This document shows, piece after piece, positions 1 to 7,740 of a stretch of 24,685 nt of DNA. The notes beneath the pieces are model-generated. The model did not search any database. It saw nothing but the letters and a program-made list of their open reading frames with translations, and was not told where the DNA came from. The DNA is from Solirubrobacteraceae bacterium. GTDB taxonomy: Bacteria; Actinomycetota; Thermoleophilia; Solirubrobacterales; Solirubrobacteraceae. Made by a program: the position numbers and the translations under genes. Positions within the stretch are counted from its first letter, which is position 1. Each line of letters begins with the position of its first letter. Location of the stretch: positions 1-24,685 of the forward strand of contig JAWVFS010000267.1 of NCBI GenBank assembly GCA_033855795.1, read 5' to 3'.

Positions 1-1307
1 ACGTCACCGTGCTCGAGCGCGGGCCTTCGCTCGGCGGTGTGGCCGGCACGATGGACTTCGATGGTCACGTCGTCGACCGCTTCTACCACGCACTCACGCC
101 CGCGGACGAACGCATGCTGGCGCTCGCCGGCGAGCTGGGCCTGGGCGACGCGGTGCGCTTCTCCGAGGTGGGAGCGGGGTTCTTCGTGGACGGCGCGCTC
201 CACGACCTCAACGGAGTGGCCGACTTCGCCCGCTTCGGGCCGCTCACCCCGGTCCAACGGGCGCGGCTGGCCTGGTTCGTGTCCTGGTGCCAGCTGCGCT
301 CCTCCTACCGGGGGCTCGAAGACATCCCCCTGGAGCCGTGGCTCGTGCGCCACTGCGGACGCCGGGTGACCGAACGGATCTGGAACCCGCTGCTCGCGTC
401 GCGATTCGACGGGCGTTACGGCGAGCTGCCGGCCACCTACCTCTGGGCGCGGACCCGGCGGATGTCCGGGGCCCGCACCGGCGCCCGGCGCCACGAGGAG
501 ATGGGCCATCTGATCGGCGGCCACCAGCGACTGATCGAGGCGGCTGCGGCCCGGGCGCGCGAGCTGGGCGTCGAGATCGAGCTCGGCGCGCCGGTGGAGG
601 GACTGGCGTTGGAGGACGGGACCGTGCGGGGCGTGGTCGTCGGGGGCGCCGACCGGCCCTTCGACGCGGTGATCGCCACCCTGCAGCCGCCGGCCCTGCG
701 CCGTCTCCTGCCCCCCTCGCTCCACGGTCTGCTCGCGGCGTACCCGCGCCGCTACCTCGGCGTCGTCTGCGTCGTCCTCAAGGTGCGGCGCTCCCTGACG
801 CCGTACTACGCGATCAACATCTGCGAGCCGACGCCGATCACCACCGTCGTCGAGACCTCGCACGTCGTGGGGACCGAACACACGGACGGCCTGCGCCTCG
901 TCTACCTGCCCAAGTACTGCGAGCCCGACGCGCCGGAGCACTCCGAGCCCGACGACGTCGTCATCCGGCGCTTCGAGGCCATGCTCGAGCGGATCGTGCC
1001 CGACCTGCGGTCGGAGGACATCGTCGCCCGGACCGTGCAGCGGGCCAAGGTCGTCGAACCGGTTCACGCGAGGGGGACGCGCCCTCGGGTCGCGCCGGTG
1101 TGGCCCGGCGTGCCCGGCCTGGCGCTCGCGTCGGCGGCCCAGGTGTACCCGCGCCTGCTCAACGGCGAGTCGGTCGTCAGCCTGGCGGAGGACGTCGCCG
1201 CGCAGGCCGCCGGGCGCTTGGGCCTCGGCGGTGGCTCAGCCGCTCCTCGAGGTCGCGGGCGCAATCCCGGCCTCGGCGAGCACCGGGCTGAGGTCGGGTC
1301 CCGGTAG
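1..1307 (+). CDS. FAD-dependent oxidoreductase (amine oxidase/protoporphyrinogen oxidase-like), 5'-truncated by the window edge
   Basis: Frame is open from the window start (VTVLERGPSLGGVAGT, the segment that follows a Rossmann GxGxxG). DRFYH motif and C-terminal GLALASAAQVYP. Stop TAG 1305-1307. Confidence 0.8.
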   Translation, partial: VTVLERGPSLGGVAGTMDFDGHVVDRFYHALTPADERMLALAGELGLGDAVRFSEVGAGFFVDGALHDLNGVADFARFGPLTPVQRARLAWFVSWCQLRSSYRGLEDIPLEPWLVRHCGRRVTERIWNPLLASRFDGRYGELPATYLWARTRRMSGARTGARRHEEMGHLIGGHQRLIEAAAARARELGVEIELGAPVEGLALEDGTVRGVVVGGADRPFDAVIATLQPPALRRLLPPSLHGLLAAYPRRYLGVVCVVLKVRRSLTPYYAINICEPTPITTVVETSHVVGTEHTDGLRLVYLPKYCEPDAPEHSEPDDVVIRRFEAMLERIVPDLRSEDIVARTVQRAKVVEPVHARGTRPRVAPVWPGVPGLALASAAQVYPRLLNGESVVSLAEDVAAQAAGRLGLGGGSAAPRGRGRNPGLGEHRAEVGSR

Positions 1308-2450
1308 CGGGGCGCCGCCGGTGTCGAGCAGGTCGTCGAGGGAGAGCCGGAGCGCCTGCGGCTGTGTCGCCGCCGTTGTGTCCGCGCCCCCGTCGGCGGC
1401 GACCACGACGTCGTAGTGAAAGCGGCGGTCGCCGAGCCAGGCCGAGGGATCATCCAGACCGGCGAGGGCCTCGACGCCCTGCGCGAGCAGGGCATCCACC
1501 CGGGCGCCGGCCGGGTCCGCGTCCTCGAGCAGCGCGGTGATGCGCGCATCCGGCCACAGGCCGGCGAACGCCCACAGCAACGGGTCGGTGCGCGGGCCGG
1601 CGCCCACGAAGAGGATCCGGTCGAGAGAGAGCGCGTCGCGGGCCCCCAGGATCGCGCGCGGCCTCGGCGGGTCCAGCGTGGCCGGCCGCGCTTCCAGCGC
1701 ATCGCCCCAGCGCTCCAGGAAGGTGACGCGATTGCGCCGGCTGAGCGCGTGGGCCTGCGCGGCGTCGCCCGAGCCGTGGCGGGCGTGCGTCACCACCGAC
1801 CGCGGCTCGTAGACCGTGCGCAGGCCGCGGGCCGCGAGCGCGAAGCACAGGTCGACGTCCTCGTAGTAGGCCGGCGAGTACGCATCCGCGAAGCCGCCGC
1901 ATTCCAGCAGCGCCGCGCGACGGACCAGGAGGCACGCGCCGGCGGCGTAGTCGACCAGGCGCGGGAACCGGTACTCCGGGCGGTCGGGGTCGTCGCCATA
2001 GCCGTACGACCACGTGGAGCCGTCTCGCGCGACCAGCGCCCCCGCCTCCTGCAGCGAGCCGTCGAGGTTGAGCAGGCGCGGTCCCGCCGCAGCCACGCGC
2101 GCGTCCCGGTCCACCGCCTCGACTAATGGCGCGAGCCAGCCATCGTGGACGAGCGCGTCGTTGTTGAGAAACGCGACGAGCTCGCCGCCGGCCAGCTCCG
2201 CCCCCTGGTTCGCGGCCCGCGCGAAGCCGACATTCTCGGGGTTGGCCACCAGGCGCACGCCCTCGACCTCCCGCCCCAGGCGCTCCGGCGTCCCGTCCCG
2301 GGACGCGTTGTCGACGATCACCACCTCGACCTCAGGGGTGTGCCGGTGCAGCGCCGCCAGGGCACGCTGCGTCCAGGCCCAGGCCCCGCGCGTGACGATC
2401 ACGACCGCGACACGGGCGGAGCCGGCGGGCGCGAAGGCGCTGGGCGTCAC
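1236..2450 (-). CDS. Glycosyltransferase family 2 with a short C-terminal extension
   Basis: VAVVIVT..VVIVDNAS.DGT, N.GFARAANQG, FLNND (DxD-like), YYEDVDLC motifs. GTG start at 2450 overlaps the upstream TGA (GTGA). The real gene is only the 3' part of the 944-aa track ORF. Confidence 0.9.
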   Translation of the reverse strand: MTPSAFAPAGSARVAVVIVTRGAWAWTQRALAALHRHTPEVEVVIVDNASRDGTPERLGREVEGVRLVANPENVGFARAANQGAELAGGELVAFLNNDALVHDGWLAPLVEAVDRDARVAAAGPRLLNLDGSLQEAGALVARDGSTWSYGYGDDPDRPEYRFPRLVDYAAGACLLVRRAALLECGGFADAYSPAYYEDVDLCFALAARGLRTVYEPRSVVTHARHGSGDAAQAHALSRRNRVTFLERWGDALEARPATLDPPRPRAILGARDALSLDRILFVGAGPRTDPLLWAFAGLWPDARITALLEDADPAGARVDALLAQGVEALAGLDDPSAWLGDRRFHYDVVVAADGGADTTAATQPQALRLSLDDLLDTGGAPLPGPDLSPVLAEAGIAPATSRSG

Positions 2451-2749
2451 CGCCGCCCGCGCAGGCGATAGTAGACGCGGCGCACCGGCGCGGTCACGAG
2501 GAACGTCTTGGATCGCTGGAGCTCGGCGAGCGCGGCGTGAGCTTCCGCCAGCTCGGCCTCGAGGCGTTCCGCCCGGTCCCGCTCGGCGTTGACGCGCGCA
2601 TCGGACTCGGTCCGCAGGTCCGCGACCTCGCGCTCCATCCGCTCGGCCAGCTCGAGCCGCTCTGCCGCGAGTCGTCGGGTCCTTGCCTCCAGGGCGCGGG
2701 CAAGGGACTCTGCGGAGGGCTGACGGCCTTCGGCGTTCGGACCCGCCAT
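2447..2749 (-). CDS. Small coiled-coil protein (100 aa) ending in an SKTFLVTAPVRR motif
   Basis: A/E/R/L-rich heptad pattern. ATG 2749 lies 8 nt after TACGGT. Stop overlaps the GT2 start. Confidence 0.7.
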   Translation of the reverse strand: MAGPNAEGRQPSAESLARALEARTRRLAAERLELAERMEREVADLRTESDARVNAERDRAERLEAELAEAHAALAELQRSKTFLVTAPVRRVYYRLRGRR

Positions 2750-2814
2750 GAGGGCGAACCGTACCGGCGCCGGCGCCGGGGCGAAACGCGCGTGCCCCGC
2801 GCCTCCCTCGCGTG

Positions 2815-3156
2815 ATGCCGCCGCGCCTGCGCCGCCTGCCGAGGTTCTCCGCGCGTCTTGGAGGCATCGAGGTTCGCGTGGCCGCCACCGCACGCGCCCG
2901 CCTGCTCGGGTTGTCCGGGCTGCGCGCGCCGCCGCCGTGCGGCCTGCTGCTCCCGCGCACGCGCTCGGTCCACACGTTCGCGATGCGGTTCGCGCTGGAC
3001 CTCGTGTGGCTCGACGCCCGCGGCCGCGTCGTGCGGATCGACCTCAACGTCCCGCCGCGGCGGCTCTGCGCCTGCGCCGCCGCCCGCGCCGTCGTCGAGC
3101 TGCCGAGCCAGAAAAGAAAGAGCGGGACCCGAACCGGGCCCCGCTCTAGCGACTGA
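2815..3156 (+). CDS. DUF192 family protein
   Basis: AATARARLLGL, SVHTFAMRFALDLVWLD and AVVELP match the DUF192 pattern. Confidence 0.8.
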   Translation: MPPRLRRLPRFSARLGGIEVRVAATARARLLGLSGLRAPPPCGLLLPRTRSVHTFAMRFALDLVWLDARGRVVRIDLNVPPRRLCACAAARAVVELPSQKRKSGTRTGPRSSD

Positions 3157-3184
3157 CGACCAGCGACTAGCGACTGCCTTTGGA

Positions 3185-4357
3185 CTAGACCCGCTGGATC
3201 AGCGTGCCCGTACCGAGGCCGCCGCCGCAGCACATCGTCACCAGCCCGGTCTCCTTGTCGGAGCGCTCGAGCTCGTGCAGCAGCGTGGTGATCAGCCGGG
3301 CCCCCGTGGACCCGAGCGGGTGGCCGAGGGCCATCGCCCCGCCGTTGACGTTCACGCGGTCCATGTCGGGCTCCAGCTCGCGCCGCCAGGCGGCGATCAC
3401 GGGCGCGAAGGCCTCGTTGATCTCGATCAGGTCGATGTCGTCGATCTTGATCTGGTTGCGATCGAGCAGCTTCCGCGTGGCCGGGATCGGGCCGGTGAGC
3501 ATGATCACGGGGTCGACGCCGACCGTGGTCTGATCGACGATCTTGGCCCGCGGGGTGACGCCGAGCTCCTTGGCCTTCTCCGGCGTCATCAGCAGCACCG
3601 CCGCCGCGCCGTCGGAGATCTGCGAGGAGTTCCCCGCCGTGATCTTGCCGTCCTCCTTGAAGGCCGGCTTCAGAGCCGCCAGCTTCTCCAGCGAGGTGTC
3701 CGGCCGGATGCCCTGGTCGGTCGCATAGGTGCTGCCGTTGACCTGGAAGGGCACGATCTCCCGTTCGAAGCGGCCTTCCTCGGTGGCCTTCGCGGCGAGC
3801 TGGTGCGAACGCACGCCGAGCTCGTCGAGCTCGGAGCGCGGGATCTCCCACTGGTCGGCGATCATCTCGGCGCTCAAACCCTGCGGGATCAGGTTGTAGT
3901 GCTCCAGCAGCTCGGGCGAGAACGCGGCCCCGAACTCGGCCTGGGTCTTCATGGTGTCCCCGAAGGAGATGTGACCCATGTGCTCGACGCCCGAGCCGAT
4001 CACGACGTCGTGCACCCCGGAGGCGACGAGCGCGGCACCGAAGTTCACGGCCTGCTGGGCCGATCCGCACTGCCGGTCGACCGTCGTGGCCGGCGTCTCG
4101 ATGGGCAGGCCGGCCTCCAACCAGGCGTTGCGCCCGACGTTGAGACCCTGCTCGCCGAACTGGTTCACGCAGCCGGTGATGACGTCCTCGACCTCCTCGG
4201 GCGGGATGCCGGCGCGCTCGATCACCTCGGAGTAGGTCTTGGCCAGCAGGTTGCTCGGATGGACGTCCTTGTAGTAGCCCTTCTCCTTGTGCCCACGACC
4301 GATCGGCGTCCGAACCGCCTCGACGATCACGACCTCACGGCCAGCCTTGTGGTCCAT
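3185..4357 (-). CDS. fadA: Acetyl-CoA C-acyltransferase (thiolase)
   Basis: [15 protein letters not shown] (catalytic Cys), NEAFA, GHPLG (His), CCGGGLG (Cys). ATG 4357 is preferred over 4375 because GGAGGG lies 10 nt upstream. Confidence 0.95.
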   Translation of the reverse strand: MDHKAGREVVIVEAVRTPIGRGHKEKGYYKDVHPSNLLAKTYSEVIERAGIPPEEVEDVITGCVNQFGEQGLNVGRNAWLEAGLPIETPATTVDRQCGSAQQAVNFGAALVASGVHDVVIGSGVEHMGHISFGDTMKTQAEFGAAFSPELLEHYNLIPQGLSAEMIADQWEIPRSELDELGVRSHQLAAKATEEGRFEREIVPFQVNGSTYATDQGIRPDTSLEKLAALKPAFKEDGKITAGNSSQISDGAAAVLLMTPEKAKELGVTPRAKIVDQTTVGVDPVIMLTGPIPATRKLLDRNQIKIDDIDLIEINEAFAPVIAAWRRELEPDMDRVNVNGGAMALGHPLGSTGARLITTLLHELERSDKETGLVTMCCGGGLGTGTLIQRV

Positions 4358-4437
4358 GGTTGCGAAACCCTCCATTAGGTGTCTGCGACGTTTGCGCGCG
4401 GCCGCGCGCCGAAAACCTTTCGACGACTAGTCTACCC

Positions 4438-4455
4438 GTTGACTGGCCAGTCAAC
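4438..4455. promoter_or_regulatory. Perfect 18-bp palindrome GTTGACTGGCCAGTCAAC, probable repressor operator
   Basis: Sits between the divergent beta-oxidation genes, next to overlapping -10-like hexamers TAGTCT (+, 4428-4433) and TAGACT (-, 4434-4429). Confidence 0.65.
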
Positions 4456-4483
4456 TAGGACGAAGCAGGAGGGCTGATCGGGA

Positions 4484-5269
4484 GTGGAGGAACGGCTCGG
4501 CATCGTGGGCAGCGGCACCATCGCGTGCGGCCTGGCGGCCCTGGCCGCCCCGCACGGCGAGGTCGTGCTGTGGGCGCGTTCCGAGGCGTCGGCCGCGCGG
4601 GCGCGCGAACGGTTGCGCGGTGCCGGCGGCCACGACATGGCGCCGGACGTGCGTGTGACCACGCACCTCGGGGCGCTCGCCCACACCTCGTTCGTGGTCG
4701 AGGCGGTCGCCGAGGACCGCGAGGCCAAGGCGCGCCTGTACGCGCAGCTGCACGAGGAGTTGGATGGTGATGCCGTGCTGGCCACCACGACGTCGTCCCT
4801 GTCGGTCCGCGAGTTGGCCGCCGCCAGCGGCCGCCCCGACCGCTTCATCGGCCTGCACGTATTCAACCCGGTGGAGAAGATGCCGCTGGTCGAGCTGGTC
4901 CACCACGACCAGGCCGCCGATGACGCGCGGGCGCGCGCCCGCGCCCTGTGCGAGGCCCTCGGCAAGACGCCGGTCGAGGTGCCCGACGTCCCGGGCTTCG
5001 TCGTCAACCGCCTGCTCTTCCCGTACCTCTTCAGCGCCGTGCGACTGGTGCAGGAGACGGACCTCGACCCCAACGACGTCGACGAGTGCATGAAGCTCGG
5101 CGCCGGCCATCCCATGGGCCCGTTCGCCCTCCTCGACCTCGTGGGGCTCGACGTCGCTGTGGCCATCGCGGAGGAGATCGACGTCGAGGTCCCCGAGCTG
5201 GTCCGCGCGCTGGTCGACGAGGGGTCCCTCGGCCGGAAGTCCAGCCGTGGCTTCCACGCCTACGAGTGA
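4484..5269 (+). CDS. 3-hydroxyacyl-CoA (3-hydroxybutyryl-CoA) dehydrogenase family protein
   Basis: GIVGSGTIACG Rossmann motif, VEAVAED, TTTSSL, GLHVFNP (catalytic His), PGFVVNR, HPMGPF.LLDLVGLD. Confidence 0.92.
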   Translation: MEERLGIVGSGTIACGLAALAAPHGEVVLWARSEASAARARERLRGAGGHDMAPDVRVTTHLGALAHTSFVVEAVAEDREAKARLYAQLHEELDGDAVLATTTSSLSVRELAAASGRPDRFIGLHVFNPVEKMPLVELVHHDQAADDARARARALCEALGKTPVEVPDVPGFVVNRLLFPYLFSAVRLVQETDLDPNDVDECMKLGAGHPMGPFALLDLVGLDVAVAIAEEIDVEVPELVRALVDEGSLGRKSSRGFHAYE

Positions 5270-5289
5270 GCGTCTCAGAAAGCGCTCAC
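5266..5289. terminator. Hairpin GTGAGCG-N10-CGCTCAC, putative bidirectional terminator
   Basis: 7-bp inverted repeat overlapping the dehydrogenase stop codon, between convergent units. No long U tract. Confidence 0.5.
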
Positions 5290-5486
5290 GGACCTTTTAG
5301 GGCGGCTTGAGGTCCGCTGCCGATACTCCCCTTGCGACGCACCTCATAGCAGCACCTCCTCCCAGAAGCACGCGACCGGCCCGTCTCCCGCGGGCCGGTC
5401 GCCGTTAATGCCCCGGTGGGATCTCGCCCACCGGCATCTCCCCCTCAACCGCCGGCGGCACACGCGCGCGCGTAGCGGTTGTGACA
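5290..5486 (-). ncRNA. Candidate structured small RNA or long leader with two GC-rich hairpins
   Basis: Extended -10 TGGTACGTT (5500-5492). Perfect 12-bp stem 5372-5402 and 8-bp stem 5413-5434. Several GGA motifs. Confidence 0.35.
5297..5347 (-). CDS. Candidate 16-aa small ORF MRCVARGVSAADLKPP
   Basis: GGGAGGAGGTG (5363-5353) lies 5 nt before ATG 5347. TAA at 5299-5297, then a hairpin. Not in the ORF track. Confidence 0.45.
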   Translation of the reverse strand: MRCVARGVSAADLKPP

Positions 5487-5526
5487 TCCGAAACGTACCA
5501 GTGGCGGCGAACTTGCGCCGAGCGGC

Positions 5527-6825
5527 TCAAGCGGGCGTGCGCTGGCGGATCCGCACGGCTTCGATGCGGTTCTCGCGCACGGACTCGACGCGAATCGAGT
5601 AGCCGTTGGCCGTGATCGTGTCCCCGCGCCGCGGCAGCCGCCCGAGCGCGGCGAACACGAAGCCCCCGACCGAGTTGTAGGCGTCGGTGTCCACCGGCAG
5701 TTCCAGGCCGTAGTCCACCAGGTCGGTGATGGCGACCTCGCCGCGCACGTACCAGTCGCCGTTGGCCAGCCGCCGCACCGCCCCGCCCGCGGGGTCGGTC
5801 TCGTCCTCGATCTCCCCCACCACCTCCTCGATGATGTCCTCGAGCGTGATGATCCCCGCGACGCGGCCGTACTCGTCCACCACCACAGCCATCTCCGTGC
5901 GCTCGCGCTGGAGCTCGGCCAGCAGATCGTCGAGCGGCTTGGTCTCGGGGACGATCGGCGCGTCGCGCACCAGCGGGTCGATCGGGGCGTGCTCGCCCGC
6001 CTCCATCAGCGCCCGGGCCAGGCGGCTGGCATGGACGATGCCGCGCACGCGGTCGGGGTTGTCCTCCTCGATCACGAGCAGCCGGGTGTGCCCGGTCGTG
6101 ATGCAGCGCTCGAGCGCCGTCTTGACGTCGACCGACACGTCGACGGTCACCACCGCCGGAATCGGCGTCATCACCTGGCGCGCCTCCTGCTCGTGCAGGT
6201 GGAAGACGCCGCGCAGCATGCCGGCCTCCCCCGGGTCCAGCTGCCCGCCCTGCAGCGACTCGGTGATGATGAGCTTGAGCTCCTCCGGGTTCTCGGCCTG
6301 CTCGTTGATCGTGTCGGGATCGACGCCGAGCAGGCGCAGGATCCGGTTCGAGATGAAGGTCAGCCCGCTGATGAACGGGGCGAACACCAGCCGGCTCACG
6401 CGCAGCGGTCGCGCCACCAGGCGCACCAGCCGATCGGCGTGCTCGATCGCGTACAGCTTGGGGACGAGCTCGCCGATCGTGATGTGGACGCTGGTGATCA
6501 GGAGGTAGGCGACGATCACCGAGATGGCGACCGCCGCGCCATGCGCGAGCGGGCCGCCGAGCACGGGCTCGAGCAGGCCCGCGACGACGGGCTCGCCGAC
6601 GGCCCCGATGCCGATCGAGGTCAGCGTGATCCCGACCTGGCAGGCGGATATGTACTCGTTGATGTTGTCCAGCTGGTCCAGCGCGAGCGCGGCGCCACGC
6701 AGGCCCTCATCCTTGGCGGCCTCGAGCTTGGGCCGGCGCGAGCGGACGAGCGAGTACTCCGCGATCACGAAGAACGCGTTGACGAGCACCAGGACGAAGA
6801 CTGCGATCAGCAGCAGCGCGGTCAA
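5527..6825 (-). CDS. HlyC/CorC (hemolysin-family, CNNM) transporter: CNNM + 2xCBS + CorC_HlyC domains
   Basis: NAFFVIAEYSL, CQVGITL.SIGIG, GELVPK, GHTRLLV, VVDEYG..AGIITLEDIIEEVVGEIEDE. TTG start with GGAG upstream. Confidence 0.93.
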   Translation of the reverse strand: MTALLLIAVFVLVLVNAFFVIAEYSLVRSRRPKLEAAKDEGLRGAALALDQLDNINEYISACQVGITLTSIGIGAVGEPVVAGLLEPVLGGPLAHGAAVAISVIVAYLLITSVHITIGELVPKLYAIEHADRLVRLVARPLRVSRLVFAPFISGLTFISNRILRLLGVDPDTINEQAENPEELKLIITESLQGGQLDPGEAGMLRGVFHLHEQEARQVMTPIPAVVTVDVSVDVKTALERCITTGHTRLLVIEEDNPDRVRGIVHASRLARALMEAGEHAPIDPLVRDAPIVPETKPLDDLLAELQRERTEMAVVVDEYGRVAGIITLEDIIEEVVGEIEDETDPAGGAVRRLANGDWYVRGEVAITDLVDYGLELPVDTDAYNSVGGFVFAALGRLPRRGDTITANGYSIRVESVRENRIEAVRIRQRTPA

Positions 6826-6896
6826 GCGCCGGTCACTCCAGGCGGCGTGGCGGCGCGTCGGCCGCCGCTACTTCGAGGAAGGTCGTCGTCGTTCAT
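6822..6896 (-). CDS. Candidate leader peptide (uORF) MNDDDLPRSSGGRRAATPPGVTGA
   Basis: ATG 6896. TGA 6824-6822 overlaps the corC-like TTG (TTGA). Extended -10 TGGTACCGT at 6921-6913. Confidence 0.45.
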   Translation of the reverse strand: MNDDDLPRSSGGRRAATPPGVTGA

Positions 6897-6960
6897 CGAG
6901 GCGACGCGGCGAACGGTACCAGGGGTGCCCGGCGGCGCACAGGACGACGGGCGAGGAGGT

Positions 6961-7740
6961 CTACCCGGCCGCCTCGGCCTGCCGCAGCCCGCGCACGGCC
7001 CATACGCCGAACAGGGAGGTCAGGCCCACCACGGCGCCGAAGGCCAGGAGGACCTCCGTCGGAGCGCCCGAGATGAAGCCCCGGCCCGCCTCGAACAGCG
7101 CGGTCATCGGGTTCACCGTGGCCACCGACTTGATCCACCCGCTGAGGAGGGCCAGCGGTACGTACACCGGTGCCGTGAACAGGATCAGGAACACCGGGAT
7201 CTGCATGAACGGGCCGGCCTGGATGGAGCGAAAGCGCAGGGCGATGCCGAACGCCCAGAGGGCCGCAGTCGCGTTGACGAGCAGGGCCAGGCCGAGCAGG
7301 CCGACCAGGTCGAGGGCACCGCCGTCGACGTGCATCCCGCCGATCAGCGCGGCCGTGAAGACGACTCCGCACCCGAACAGCGCGCGGGTCAGCGCGGCGA
7401 TCAGGTAACCCGTGAGGATCGCCGACCGCTTCGGCGCCGCCAGGAGCAGGCGACGGCCGAAGCCGTACTCGAAGTCGGCGGCCACCGAGAACCCGGTGAA
7501 CACGCCCCCGAACGCCGCCGACTGGAGCAGGACGAACACGAACTGGAACGCCGTGTAGCCGGACGGGAAGTCGAAGTTGGGCGTCTTGCTGATTGCCGAG
7601 AGCCCGCCGGCGAAGGCGATGAGGAAGAACAGCGGGAACACCACCGACGGCAGGATCAGCACCGGGTTGGTGAACACGTTGTGCAGGTTCCGCCAGGCCA
7701 CGCCCAACACGACTCGGCGATACCGGCCGGGCCCGCTCAC
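6961..7740 (-). CDS. ABC-2 type exporter permease (second subunit)
   Basis: Six hydrophobic segments, DFEYGFGRRLLLAAP, NPMTALFEAGR. GTGA overlap with the upstream permease. Confidence 0.92.
   Translation of the reverse strand: MSGPGRYRRVVLGVAWRNLHNVFTNPVLILPSVVFPLFFLIAFAGGLSAISKTPNFDFPSGYTAFQFVFVLLQSAAFGGVFTGFSVAADFEYGFGRRLLLAAPKRSAILTGYLIAALTRALFGCGVVFTAALIGGMHVDGGALDLVGLLGLALLVNATAALWAFGIALRFRSIQAGPFMQIPVFLILFTAPVYVPLALLSGWIKSVATVNPMTALFEAGRGFISGAPTEVLLAFGAVVGLTSLFGVWAVRGLRQAEAAG

Noticed and set aside
3146-3187. Three AGCGACT direct repeats between DUF192 and the thiolase
   Set aside because: Too short and irregular for a CRISPR array or iteron set. No spacers or cas genes.
1236-4070. 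944-aa ORF that looks like a giant GT2 fusion
   Set aside because: The first ~540 aa are an alternative frame running over the thiolase and antisense to DUF192, with Arg/Gly/Pro-rich nonsense composition. The real GT2 starts at 2450 with a GTGA overlap.
5372-5445. Calling the twin hairpins a 6C RNA
   Set aside because: The loops are UCUCCCG and AUCUCG, not runs of six C, and the only promoter-like signal is on the other strand. Kept only as an alternative hypothesis pending an Rfam search.
5344-5487. 47-aa ORF MSQPLRAR...FWEEVLL as a confident gene
   Set aside because: The ATG is only 4 nt from the -10 hexamer and probably upstream of the transcription start. No SD, and the Arg-rich composition is typical of non-coding GC-rich DNA. 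Mentioned only within the finding.
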